Of a DNA stretch of 64,000 nucleotides, positions 29,412 through 39,043 are shown piece after piece. The notes below the pieces were generated by a model. The model saw nothing but the letters and a program-made list of their open reading frames with translations. It was not told the origin of the DNA and searched no databases. The position numbers and the translations under genes were made by a program. The stretch covers positions 11,504 through 75,503 of the forward strand of contig CAYUYR010000007.1 in the NCBI GenBank assembly GCA_964449435.1. Direction: 5' to 3'. The stretch is from an uncultured Planctomycetaceae bacterium. GTDB taxonomy: Bacteria; Planctomycetota; Phycisphaerae; Sedimentisphaerales; UBA12454. Positions within the stretch are counted from its first letter, which is position 1, and each line of letters starts with the position of its first letter.

Positions 29412-30037
29412 ACTCCTGCCTGTTGTCTTTGTGCCAAGCTGCGATTGACCTCTTCGAGAAGATTTGCGGCATCTGTATTTTCGCGGTCTAAGGTTAAAAT
29501 ATCTCCGAGCAGTTTTTTGGCTTGTTCGAGACGGCCTTCTTTGACATACAGCGCCGCCAAAGAGAACATAACCGAGCTGTCCTGCGGGTGCATATCGAGA
29601 TATACCTGAAGATAGTGAATGATTTTTCCAAAAGAACCCATTTTGCAGGATATTTGAAACAGTCCCAAAAGGGCAGACAGATTATCCGTATTCAGCTCCA
29701 GACATTTAAGATACATCTCAAGGGCTTTTTCATAATCGCCTTTTTTCTGTGCGACCATAGCCAATCCCGCGTAAGCACGCGAGCAGTCCGGAGCAAGCCG
29801 GCAAGCGACCCTGAATGCGATTTCAGCGTTATCCAAAAGGTCCTGTTGAAAGTCGATTATGCCGAGCCCGACATAAGGGGCTGCTTCATCAGGGTTTAAG
29901 GAGGCGGCTTTTTCATAGCATTTTTGAGCCTGATTGTAATCGCCGAGCGCGGTATAGGAATCTCCTAATTTTTGCATTTCCTGATAACTTTGATTATCAT
30001 TTTCCTGTTCGATGACCTCTTTATTTTTTTTATTCAT
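29408..30037 (-). CDS. TPR-repeat protein
   Basis: 209 aa. TPRs such as YQEMQKLGDSYTALGDYNQAQKCYEKAASLNP and YAGLAMVAQKKGDYEKALEMYLKCLELN. Confidence 0.7.
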   Translation of the reverse strand: MNKKNKEVIEQENDNQSYQEMQKLGDSYTALGDYNQAQKCYEKAASLNPDEAAPYVGLGIIDFQQDLLDNAEIAFRVACRLAPDCSRAYAGLAMVAQKKGDYEKALEMYLKCLELNTDNLSALLGLFQISCKMGSFGKIIHYLQVYLDMHPQDSSVMFSLAALYVKEGRLEQAKKLLGDILTLDRENTDAANLLEEVNRSLAQRQQAGV

Positions 30038-30067
30038 ATCTGCCGGGTGTCCTTTTGGTGTTTGTTT

Positions 30068-30586
30068 TCAGTTTACGAGCATTTTGCTGTTGATTATCTT
30101 GAGCATCGGTTTAAGAATTTTTTGGTTCGGCGAAAGTTTTAATGACCTGTTCAGCATTTTGACGGCATCGGATAATTTGCCCGCATTTATCAGCATTTCA
30201 GCGGTTCTGTTAAGCACCTCCGCGTTTAAAATGCCCATTTGTTCCATATCGTCGAAAAGTTCTATTGCCTGTTCGGTTTTACCGGCGGCAAGATAGGTTT
30301 CGGACAGATTCCAGATGATTTCTGCCGAGTCGGGCTTCAGGTTTCTTGCTTTTATGAGGTGTTCAACGGCCTCCTCGGAGCGATTCATACAATGCAGAAT
30401 TGCCCCGGCGTCGTTGAGCGCCTCTGCATTATTTGGCGACGAACGAAGATATTTTCGAATACACTTCAGAGCTTCATTATGCTTGCCGGCCTCGGCTAAA
30501 TCCAGAGCTTTTTGGTAGTCTTTGGATGCTGTTGACAGGTTATTTGTGTTTTTTCGGTTTCTTTTCGGTTTCGTTTTAATAGTCAC
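30068..30586 (-). CDS. TPR-repeat protein
   Basis: 172 aa, basic N-terminus, TPRs (ALNDAGAILHCMNRSEEAVEHLIKARNLKP). Confidence 0.7.
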   Translation of the reverse strand: MTIKTKPKRNRKNTNNLSTASKDYQKALDLAEAGKHNEALKCIRKYLRSSPNNAEALNDAGAILHCMNRSEEAVEHLIKARNLKPDSAEIIWNLSETYLAAGKTEQAIELFDDMEQMGILNAEVLNRTAEMLINAGKLSDAVKMLNRSLKLSPNQKILKPMLKIINSKMLVN

Positions 30587-30601
30587 TTTAAGTTTTTCCT
30601 G

Positions 30602-31789
30602 TTAATCTATGAAATCCAAAAGAGAGACAGATAAAAGTTTCGCTGCTACGACCAGCGACATTTGGTACAGTGTTTCCCTGCGTGTAATATCAATGGAAAG
30701 CTGGGCAATGTCAGCCTCCTGCAGCATAGAGGCCTCATCTTCAGCGGTGTACTTCATATTCTCGAGAGAGGTTTTAAGGTCGTCGATAAATCCGATTTTA
30801 GAACCTATGGAAGTTTCCTTTCCTATCAGAAGATTCGTTATCTCGTCCAGTGAGCCTGACAAGCTGTTTCTAAACTGTGCCAGTTGACTGTCTGTAAGCT
30901 CATATTTGTTTTCCAGCAAGTCTCTGATAGTAATCAGAGTGTTAAATACATCACAAGTTCCCGGAATATTAACCATATTTACACCGGTGCCGGTTATGCC
31001 TGATGCATCTACATACAATACTTCTCCGTTTGCGTTTGTAACTGCGACGTTAGTTGGGTCTGCGGCGTCTCCTACATTAATTACCGTAGTGCCGCCGTCG
31101 ATAGAAAGATTATAATTATCCCCGTCGAAAGTTACGGTCAGCCAGGCATGTCCTTTAACATTCGACGTTCCCGCCCCGTCGGCTGCGCCTGTATCGCCCA
31201 GAAATTCGGGCGAAGATCTGTTATTAGAGCCGAAAAGGTCTCTGCCTGCGTAATAAGCGCCGGACTGGATGCCGGGAGCGATTTCCACATTTTGCTGCTG
31301 CGAGCCGCCCTGATAAGTTACACTTGCGATTTTCCCATTGGTGCGCTGTGTCGCATAAGGCGCGGTAGTTGTATTGCTGCCGCCGAAAATGTATTGACTT
31401 AAATGCTGGGTATTAGCCAGAGAAACCATCTGTTCGAGCGTATCGTTAACCTGGTCGGCGAGTCTTTGACGGCCGGCTTCGTCGTAGGTGCCGCTGATAA
31501 TCTGATTGAGATTTACCTTAGCCTGAGAGACCGATGAGAACATATCCTGAATGACGGTGCTAGTAGTTTCGAGTATGCCGCTTACCTCGTCAATAGTACT
31601 CATATAGTTTGCCAGAGACCGTTTTTGAGAGTTTAATCCCAAAATCTTATAGGCAGCGGAAGAGTCGTCCGATGGCCGATTTATCCGCGAGCCCGTAGAT
31701 ACCTGTTCCTGTAATGTCGCCATTGCTTTGGCGTGCGATTGCAAGGCAAAGCTCGTGTTACTGTAAACACTTCCCAGTGTTCCGCTCAT
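30602..31789 (-). CDS. flgL: hook-filament junction protein FlgL
   Basis: 395 aa. N-terminal LQEQVSTGSRINRPSDDSSAAYKIL (flagellin-like N domain) and C-terminal IAQLSIDITRRETLYQMSLVVAAKL. Follows flgK. Confidence 0.85.
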   Translation of the reverse strand: MSGTLGSVYSNTSFALQSHAKAMATLQEQVSTGSRINRPSDDSSAAYKILGLNSQKRSLANYMSTIDEVSGILETTSTVIQDMFSSVSQAKVNLNQIISGTYDEAGRQRLADQVNDTLEQMVSLANTQHLSQYIFGGSNTTTAPYATQRTNGKIASVTYQGGSQQQNVEIAPGIQSGAYYAGRDLFGSNNRSSPEFLGDTGAADGAGTSNVKGHAWLTVTFDGDNYNLSIDGGTTVINVGDAADPTNVAVTNANGEVLYVDASGITGTGVNMVNIPGTCDVFNTLITIRDLLENKYELTDSQLAQFRNSLSGSLDEITNLLIGKETSIGSKIGFIDDLKTSLENMKYTAEDEASMLQEADIAQLSIDITRRETLYQMSLVVAAKLLSVSLLDFID

Positions 31790-31814
31790 AGATTATCCCG
31801 CTTTAAAAAAACCT

Positions 31815-33800
31815 TTATAATATTTCCATTACGTTTTGCAGCATCGAGTTAATTGTAGTCATATATTTCGCGATAGCCTGAAACATTTGCTGAAAGACCA
31901 GCAGTTGCGACGCTTCTTCGTTTATGTCAACGCCGCTTACTTCGCTTTGCTGATTTTGAAGATTCAGCAATAAAACTTCGACATTGTCCTGCCGCATCTG
32001 TTTAAGCGATAACTGCTGGCCGATATCGGTTACCAATTGCCGGTAAAACTCCCCGCCGGTCAAGTTTCCTAAACTGCTGATAGTGGTATTTTTTGTTTGT
32101 TCCAGCCGTATAACATTAGTATTGTCTGTCATATCCGCACTGAGAGATGCCGCTAATCGCCGCGGGTCGTTCTCTATATCCGAGCAGACGGCCATACTCG
32201 CCGCGTCGGTGCCCGTAAAGAAACTATTTATTCCAATCGCCGACAAGAGTCCCGCCGTATCTGTATTTTGAAAAACATCGATACTGAATGAATCCTCGTC
32301 GGCCAGGTCTCCCATACCAAGGGCTATTTTTATTCCTGTATCTCCGATTTCGATTTCATCGCCCACGGCATAACCGGTACCTATATTAACGGTAGCAATT
32401 GTATTCAGATTGCTGTCTTTGACTATGAGTTTCAGAGAATCGCTGTTTCCAACCTCTCCTGTCCCGGAAACTGTAAATGTCAGAGTGTCGTTTAATGTGC
32501 CGGCATAAATGCCTGATATGCTTATGGCCGGATCAGCCGTGCCGTTAAAATCGATGTCTTCAGTTTTAGGTTCAGGGAGCGCAGCGGGTAGAAAATCGAA
32601 TGTATAGCCGGGGGCGGTCAAAATAGTTAGTTGATTGGAAGAATTTACAGAGGCCGTAACATTAGCGACGTTATTAGTGATATAGTCCGCTATTTCAGCT
32701 AATGTATCCGACGATTCGTCCTGCATAACAGGGATTGCGGTTCGGACTACGGAGCCGTCGCCGGTATTTGTAACTCGGATATAGGTATAACCTGCGGTAA
32801 TATCAGCCAAATCGGCTAAATCCCCGCTTGTATTTGCCCAGCCTTTTAATTCCGTGAAAGATCCCGCGGCGCCGATGCCCTGAACGTGATATTGGTTAAT
32901 CTGCTTTATAATAGCGACGGCCAGCGAGTCCAGGTCTTCGTGAATATCTGATATGATATCATTTTTAAGCGACATTAAGCCGCCGATTTTTCCGCCCTGA
33001 ACTTCCGTGGTATAATTAGCAGTGCCTGCGATGGCAATGCCTATATTATTATTTGTATCAACTCCCGCTTCCAGCTCACTAAATGCAGGTCCTATTACCA
33101 ACGGTATTCCGCCGACAGTAACATCGACGACACCGTTTTCTCTGTTCAAGGTCTGGATGCCTATTAATTGAGATAAATCCGATATGCATTTATCTCTTTG
33201 GTCGCTCATAGTATTACTATTGCCGCCTATCAGTTCAATGGATTCGATTTTATTGTTGAATTCTGCTATCTGACCGGCAAGACCGTTAATGGTGTTAATA
33301 GTATTCTCAATGTCTAATCTGATTTGCGTTTCCACGGAGACAAGATATTCTCCGAGGGTTTTAAACTGATTAGTCATTGAACTTGCACTGCTGACGGCCT
33401 GATTCAGTCTGGTATTGTCTGTCGGATTAGTGCTGAGTTCCTGCAATGAACTGAAAAACTGGTCTATAGCGGCGTTCAAGCCGCCGTTTTCTGAAGAAAA
33501 ATCGCCGAAAGCATTTTCAATTATTCGAAGCGTATCGGCTTCCTGCGCGGTTTGCCCCAGCGTTGACTGCTGCCGGTTTATCTCCTGCTCCAAAAGGGTA
33601 TCTATCGACCTTTTTACTCCTATGACATCCACGCCTCCGCCAACCAGGGTAAAACCCTGCTGCGATAAATAAGCCGGCGAAAGCTGCACTTTTTGGCGAT
33701 GATAGCCTTCAGTAGCCGAATTTGCGATGTTGTTGCCGATTATATCGAGCGATCTCTGAGCGGCGTTAAGGCCGCTGAGGCCTATGTCAAAATTTGCCAT
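31815..33800 (-). CDS. flgK: hook-filament junction protein FlgK
   Basis: 661 aa, MANFDIGLSGLNAAQRSLDIIGNNIANSATEGYHRQ...EEASQLLVFQQMFQAIAKYMTTINSML. Confidence 0.9.
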   Translation of the reverse strand: MANFDIGLSGLNAAQRSLDIIGNNIANSATEGYHRQKVQLSPAYLSQQGFTLVGGGVDVIGVKRSIDTLLEQEINRQQSTLGQTAQEADTLRIIENAFGDFSSENGGLNAAIDQFFSSLQELSTNPTDNTRLNQAVSSASSMTNQFKTLGEYLVSVETQIRLDIENTINTINGLAGQIAEFNNKIESIELIGGNSNTMSDQRDKCISDLSQLIGIQTLNRENGVVDVTVGGIPLVIGPAFSELEAGVDTNNNIGIAIAGTANYTTEVQGGKIGGLMSLKNDIISDIHEDLDSLAVAIIKQINQYHVQGIGAAGSFTELKGWANTSGDLADLADITAGYTYIRVTNTGDGSVVRTAIPVMQDESSDTLAEIADYITNNVANVTASVNSSNQLTILTAPGYTFDFLPAALPEPKTEDIDFNGTADPAISISGIYAGTLNDTLTFTVSGTGEVGNSDSLKLIVKDSNLNTIATVNIGTGYAVGDEIEIGDTGIKIALGMGDLADEDSFSIDVFQNTDTAGLLSAIGINSFFTGTDAASMAVCSDIENDPRRLAASLSADMTDNTNVIRLEQTKNTTISSLGNLTGGEFYRQLVTDIGQQLSLKQMRQDNVEVLLLNLQNQQSEVSGVDINEEASQLLVFQQMFQAIAKYMTTINSMLQNVMEIL

Positions 33801-33828
33801 CTTTCAAATCCGTTCAATCAATAATCCG

Positions 33829-34350
33829 TTAAAGTTGTAAATTCATAAAGGCCGAGTCGTCTTGTCGCCGGACAAAACCTCTGGAGCTGTATGTAATCGT
33901 TCCTGTCCGTCCGAGTTCGAGCACGCTTTTCAGAAGCGTGCTGTTGAATCTGGCGCAGTCCGACAAAAGCATTACGGTGCTTATATGTTCGTTCTTGAGC
34001 TTCTCGGCTAATGTTTTTAATTCTGTTCTTTTTTGGGCAACCTGTAATTTCATTTCGTCGGGTAATTCCGCTTCGAGTCTGGACAACGTCATCTGTCTGA
34101 AATCGCAGCCTAAAGCTGCTGCCAGTTCTTTGCGCAGCGAATTCCGTTTCAATTCGTTTTCCCTGTAGCCGCCGGATTCGGACCGGATGTTTTCAAGCAG
34201 TTTCTGCAAAGAGGCGTCATCACGCTTGACAATAAAACCTCTCAGTTCGTTTAATCTCGACAGATTGTTCTGAATATGCCGGATGTCATTGTCGAGAACG
34301 GCCAGCAACTGGTTGACTTTATCTTCGATTTCGATTGCCGCTGTTTTCAT
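33829..34350 (-). CDS. flgN: FlgN-family flagellar chaperone
   Basis: 173-aa helical protein directly upstream of flgK. LLAVLDNDIRHIQNNLSRLNELRGFIVKRDDASLQKLLENI fits the FlgN pattern. Confidence 0.6.
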   Translation of the reverse strand: MKTAAIEIEDKVNQLLAVLDNDIRHIQNNLSRLNELRGFIVKRDDASLQKLLENIRSESGGYRENELKRNSLRKELAAALGCDFRQMTLSRLEAELPDEMKLQVAQKRTELKTLAEKLKNEHISTVMLLSDCARFNSTLLKSVLELGRTGTITYSSRGFVRRQDDSAFMNLQL

Positions 34351-34691
34351 AATTTTTTATCTAATAATTCCGGTGCCGTATTTTGTTTTTCCAAATCGTT
34401 TAAGAACTGGTAAATATCCTTTGCCATTCCGAAACCGCCTTGGTCCGCCAAATCGCGGGCCAGATACAGCCAGAATATTCCGTCAATCTGCTGAGCGGCG
34501 CCGTCTTTTTCGTCTCCCCATTCTCCTATGGTATTTTTCATTTCATCGAGTAATTTACCGATAAAAACAGATTCGAAATCTTTGGCGAATTGTTTTTTTT
34601 GCGCCTCTGAAGCGGCATCGGCTTTTTTAGCCTGTTCCGGCAGTGTCGTCTGCGGGACTGCTCCGTTTAATATTAGTTTAGAGATATCCAT
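34347..34691 (-). CDS. flgJ: rod-binding protein (FlgJ N-terminal domain only, no muramidase domain)
   Basis: 114 aa, KKQFAKDFESVFIGKLLDEMKNT...GGFGMAKDIYQ, downstream of flgI. Confidence 0.75.
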   Translation of the reverse strand: MDISKLILNGAVPQTTLPEQAKKADAASEAQKKQFAKDFESVFIGKLLDEMKNTIGEWGDEKDGAAQQIDGIFWLYLARDLADQGGFGMAKDIYQFLNDLEKQNTAPELLDKKL

Positions 34692-34701
34692 TAAATCGTT
34701 C

Positions 34702-35820
34702 CTACATTATTTCCAGTTTTGCCTGAAGGGCGCCGGATCTTTTTAACGCGTGGAATATTGCTATAAGGTCTGTAGGCGTTGCTCCTATCGCGTTAAGCGT
34801 ATTGGCAAGTTCTGCGACGGTAACGGTTTTGCGTATAGGAATCAGAAACCCTTCTCTCTCGACGACGGATATATCTGTAGCCTGAGTAACTTCCGTTGTC
34901 GCACCATCGGTGAAGGGCGTTGTCGGCTGCGAAACCTCGTCTCTTTCTCTTATTTTTACAGTCAGGCTGCCTTGAGAAATTGCAACGGAGGAGATGCAAA
35001 CGTTTTCACCCACTACGATTGTGCCGGTGCGTTCGTTTACGACCACTACAGCGGGAACATCCACGTTAATATGCGGCCTGGTGATATTATCGATAAATCC
35101 TATAACATCTTTCTGACTGATTTCGTCCGGAATCCTGACTCTGACGGCGCCGGCATCAATTGCTATGGTGCTATGGGGATAAATCTGGTTAATAGTTCTG
35201 CTGATTTGCTCGGCAGTTGAGAAATCCACATTTCGAAGGTTAAGCGTGATAAATCTCTGATTCGCGGCGTATTCTATAAAGATAGCTATTTCTTCTCTTT
35301 CAACTATTGCGATTGCTTCGCCTGCGGCTTGATGATTTTTCGTAATTGACGCCTTATCGCCTGCCGCCGTCCAGCCTGCGATTGAAACGCCTCCCTGTGC
35401 AATCGCATATACCTGGCCGTCGAGCAGACCTCTGCCGTCAAGACCTTTCAAAAGTGTGGGCAAGAGTCTGCCTCCCTGAAGGCTTTTAGCGTCTCCGAGA
35501 GAAGAGACGGTGGCGGTAATTTCCGTTCCGACTCGGGCGAAAGGTCCCAAATCAGCCGTAACTGCCACTAATGCGACATTGCCGCCTTTAAGGTCGGTAG
35601 GTTGAAAAACTTCTCCGGCGTCTTTAAGTATGTTCGCAAGCATTTGCTGCGCCGGCAGCGTGGAATCGCCCGTGCCCGCCAGTCCGACAACAAGTCCGAC
35701 ACCAGTAAGCGGGTTGCCTCGAACGCCCTGTATATCAACAATGTCCTTTATTCGCTGGCATTGTGCGTTTTGAGCCGAACTTAACAGGATGATTAGTAAA
35801 AGAGTTAATCGTGATTTCAT
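34702..35820 (-). CDS. flgI: flagellar P-ring protein FlgI
   Basis: 372 aa, signal peptide then RIKDIVDIQGVRGNPLTGVGLVVGLAGTGD. Confidence 0.95.
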   Translation of the reverse strand: MKSRLTLLLIILLSSAQNAQCQRIKDIVDIQGVRGNPLTGVGLVVGLAGTGDSTLPAQQMLANILKDAGEVFQPTDLKGGNVALVAVTADLGPFARVGTEITATVSSLGDAKSLQGGRLLPTLLKGLDGRGLLDGQVYAIAQGGVSIAGWTAAGDKASITKNHQAAGEAIAIVEREEIAIFIEYAANQRFITLNLRNVDFSTAEQISRTINQIYPHSTIAIDAGAVRVRIPDEISQKDVIGFIDNITRPHINVDVPAVVVVNERTGTIVVGENVCISSVAISQGSLTVKIRERDEVSQPTTPFTDGATTEVTQATDISVVEREGFLIPIRKTVTVAELANTLNAIGATPTDLIAIFHALKRSGALQAKLEIM

Positions 35821-35837
35821 AGTTTATGCTTTCAAAA

Positions 35838-36485
35838 TTAAAACGGCCAGAGAACATCGAATATTCTGCCGAGCCAGCCCGGCTTGTTAAAGTCCGCGGA
35901 AATACCGCTATTTTTCGTTATGATGGAAAAGTTCGCAATTTGTTCGCTCTTGATGGTATTATCATATGCGACATCGGTCGGCCTTACTATTCCGCTTACT
36001 TCAATGACCTGTTTGTCGCCTGAGATCTCCCTGCTGCGAGTCCCCAAAACCACAAGGTTATTGTTCGGCATAATATCCACAATTACTACGGTAATGGAGT
36101 CGGTAAACTTTTTCTCGTCTTTATAATCTGCTTTGCCGTCTAAAGTATTGCTGGATTCAGCGCTTATATCAATGCCGGGCATTCGAGGCAGATAGTTCTT
36201 GGTTACTTCGCCGGATGGAGTCGAAGATACGATTCCGAGCTGGCCGTCGAACGAAGCGCTCCTGCTGGTTGTTTTGCTCATATTTCTGTTTTGCTTGTTA
36301 TCGACCTTGCTTTCTTCACTTATTATAATAGTTAGAACGTCGCCGATATGCCTTGCCTTGTCGTCGGCATACAAATCCTTGTTATTCTGGTCTCTTTTAG
36401 ACCATATTGAATTTGCCTGCAGGCGGGGGACGGCAGAAAAAACCAGCAGGATTAAAATAAGCGATGATATAATTTTATTTTTCAT
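35838..36485 (-). CDS. flgH: flagellar L-ring protein FlgH
   Basis: 215 aa, signal peptide, SIWSKRDQNNKDLYADDKARHIGDVLTIIISEES. Confidence 0.9.
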   Translation of the reverse strand: MKNKIISSLILILLVFSAVPRLQANSIWSKRDQNNKDLYADDKARHIGDVLTIIISEESKVDNKQNRNMSKTTSRSASFDGQLGIVSSTPSGEVTKNYLPRMPGIDISAESSNTLDGKADYKDEKKFTDSITVVIVDIMPNNNLVVLGTRSREISGDKQVIEVSGIVRPTDVAYDNTIKSEQIANFSIITKNSGISADFNKPGWLGRIFDVLWPF

Positions 36486-36496
36486 TATTGCACTTT

Positions 36497-37450
36497 CTAA
36501 AAAACAGGTTCTACGCTTCCGTCTTCGTTAACTTTAGCCATAATTATCCGCTGCGAAGCGGTGTTCTGTACTTTTATGTATTCTCCCAAAGTGCCGTCCT
36601 GCAGAGTCTTTCCGATGGCCGTAACGGTAAGCCCGCCTCTGTCAATTTTAATAAGAACAGCCTGATTGCGTTTCAGGATAACCGGCGGCTTGACAGGGCC
36701 GACCATAGCTGCGGTAATTATGGAATTTGCCGGAATCAAACGTTTGGCCGCAAGCCCATAAGGCGCAGTCCAGTCGGCAGGTTCTGGATAATTTGAAACA
36801 AAGTTTTTCACTTTTATATTTTCAGAACTGAGAATGGCTCCCTGCGGAATATCGACCTTTGCCGCAACTCTTCGGCAGTCATATTTCAAGAGAAACGATA
36901 CTTCGCGGGCCCCTAATTCTTTATCGCCCGAAAGTACGGCAACAGCGACTTGTACCGGATTTGCCGTAGTGCTGTTTACGAAAGAGCAGGAATATCTTAT
37001 GTCTCCGCTTATTTCGGAAAGAATTAAATCCTGCGGCATTCGTGTCGGAGTATATTGGCAAATCGAATCGTTCTGGAGGTTATTTTGCAAAAATTTCAGG
37101 GCTTTTTCTATAAAATCATCGCCGCGGACAGCTTGGTGCTTCTGCGATATAGTCAGATTTTCCGCTCCGGTTAATGTTACCTGTGATGCGGGAATTCCGC
37201 TGCTGGCCAGCCTGCTTAGTACTGTGGGTCTATCGACGGTAATTTTTTGGCCCGGCAGTGAAATGCGTCCGAGAGTAACTTTTTCCGCTTTGGATGCGAG
37301 CAGCTCGTCGCCTTGTATTATGGCTACCTGACCGAGATTAGGGATGTCGTTTTGAATTGTAATTTCTCTTGGCAGATGAATCTGTAATTTATCTGCGCTG
37401 CAGCAGCTCGCTATCGCGGTTATGAGCAGTATGTTCCTTATTCTTTTCAT
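36497..37450 (-). CDS. flgA: flagellar P-ring assembly chaperone FlgA (long form)
   Basis: 317 aa, signal peptide. C-terminal KRNQAVLIKIDRGGLTVTAIGKTLQDGTLGEYIKVQNTASQRIIMAKV is the FlgA/SAF C-terminal pattern. Confidence 0.8.
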   Translation of the reverse strand: MKRIRNILLITAIASCCSADKLQIHLPREITIQNDIPNLGQVAIIQGDELLASKAEKVTLGRISLPGQKITVDRPTVLSRLASSGIPASQVTLTGAENLTISQKHQAVRGDDFIEKALKFLQNNLQNDSICQYTPTRMPQDLILSEISGDIRYSCSFVNSTTANPVQVAVAVLSGDKELGAREVSFLLKYDCRRVAAKVDIPQGAILSSENIKVKNFVSNYPEPADWTAPYGLAAKRLIPANSIITAAMVGPVKPPVILKRNQAVLIKIDRGGLTVTAIGKTLQDGTLGEYIKVQNTASQRIIMAKVNEDGSVEPVF

Positions 37451-37476
37451 ATTTAATCCCGTTCTTTTAATCTAAA

Positions 37477-38262
37477 TTACATTCCCGCTATTTGTATTGC
37501 GTTTCGCAGCATCTCATCGCCGGCTTTTATCGTTCGGGAATTTACCTCATAAGCCCGCTGGGCGGTGATAAGATTGACAAGTTCGGTTACCATTTGAACA
37601 TTGGATTTTTCAAGGAATCCAGATTGAATACTGCCGAGACCGTCTGCGCCTGCCGTGCCGACCGTAGCGGTACCGCTTGCTTCAGTTTCGGCCAGCAGGT
37701 TGTCTCCTTCGCTTGAAAGGCCTGCCGGATTCGGGAATTTTGCCAACTGAAGGGTTCCTACGGTAGTTGTTCCGGAAGTGGTAGTTACATTAACGCCGCC
37801 GTCAGGAGCGATGGAAACGCCGATTGCATCTGTCGGAATTGTGATAGCCGGCGATATCGGATATCCTATTGTTGTTACCAATTGTCCGTCAGGGCCTTTT
37901 TGCAGGGCGCCGTCGCGTGTGTATTTTGTAGTGCCGTCCGGCATACTTACCTGCAGAAAACCATCGCCTGCGATGGCGATGTCTAATGATTTGCCTGTAT
38001 TTATAAGCTCGCCGTTGGTAAAGATTTTTACCGTAGATGCTGCGCGGACGCCGCTTCCTATTTCCAGGCCGCTGGGAGCTTTCATTCCTGAAGAGACTTC
38101 TGTGCCGGCTTCCCTCATCTTGATATAGAGCAAATCCTGAAAGTCAATCTGGCTTCGCTTAAAACCGGTGGTATTGATATTGGCCAGGTTGTTGGCCGTT
38201 ACATCTACCATCATCTGCTGGGCACTCATACCCGTTGCCGCAGTGGAAAAAGCTCTTAACAT
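37477..38262 (-). CDS. flgG: distal rod protein FlgG
   Basis: 261 aa, MLRAFSTAATGMSAQQMMVDVTANNLANINTTGFKRS...VTELVNLITAQRAYEVNSRTIKAGDEML. Confidence 0.9.
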   Translation of the reverse strand: MLRAFSTAATGMSAQQMMVDVTANNLANINTTGFKRSQIDFQDLLYIKMREAGTEVSSGMKAPSGLEIGSGVRAASTVKIFTNGELINTGKSLDIAIAGDGFLQVSMPDGTTKYTRDGALQKGPDGQLVTTIGYPISPAITIPTDAIGVSIAPDGGVNVTTTSGTTTVGTLQLAKFPNPAGLSSEGDNLLAETEASGTATVGTAGADGLGSIQSGFLEKSNVQMVTELVNLITAQRAYEVNSRTIKAGDEMLRNAIQIAGM

Positions 38263-38293
38263 AATTTTACTCCTTTATTTTTAATTTACAATT

Positions 38294-39043
38294 TCAGCCC
38301 ATAGCGACATTTAAAAGGCTCTTTGAGGCCTCGCCGCCGACCGACAAAAATTTCATATTCGCCTCGTAAAGTCTGCTTACCATTATCATATCCACTAATT
38401 CTTCTACCATTTGAACGTTGGAGCTTTCCGTGTAGCCCTGTTTCACGATTAAATTATCAGGCGACTGCGGCGTTATATTTTCCGGAGCCTTAAAACAATT
38501 AAGTCCGGCTGCCGTAAGTTCACTTTCATTGTCTTTAAAGTCCACAAGCCTGAATTTTCCGATAACTGTTCCTGCCGCGCTGATACTGCCGTCGCTTGAA
38601 ACGTTTATTTGCGAAAGTCCTACTTCAGGCGGAATGGAAATCTGCCCTGATTCACCGGCTGCGATTCTTCCTGCCGAATCGACTATTTGTCCGTTTTGAT
38701 TCAGATGAAACAATCCGTTTCTGGTGTAAAGAGGTCCTTCCGGCGTCTCAAGCACAAAGAAACCCTTGCCGCACAAAGCGAAATCCAGCGTTCGGCCGGT
38801 TTCAGTAAAACTACCCTGAGAAAAGTCTAAAGCCGAATATAAATCAGCTTCATTGCCTGCTTCTATATCTGCTCCCGCTTTTTGGGTTGCCAATAATTTA
38901 GAGAAACTATTGCATCTGCGTTTATATCCGACCGTACTGACATTTGCCAGATTATGGGCAATGATGTCAAATTCCCGCGTTAGCTGGCTGACGCTTGAGC
39001 CGATTTTTGAAGCAATATCCGGCATTGAAAAATCCTTAAACAC
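38294..39043 (-). CDS. flgF: proximal rod protein FlgF
   Basis: 249 aa, FDIIAHNLANVSTVGYKRR...VEELVDMIMVSRLYEANMKF, upstream of flgG. Confidence 0.8.
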   Translation of the reverse strand: MFKDFSMPDIASKIGSSVSQLTREFDIIAHNLANVSTVGYKRRCNSFSKLLATQKAGADIEAGNEADLYSALDFSQGSFTETGRTLDFALCGKGFFVLETPEGPLYTRNGLFHLNQNGQIVDSAGRIAAGESGQISIPPEVGLSQINVSSDGSISAAGTVIGKFRLVDFKDNESELTAAGLNCFKAPENITPQSPDNLIVKQGYTESSNVQMVEELVDMIMVSRLYEANMKFLSVGGEASKSLLNVAMG

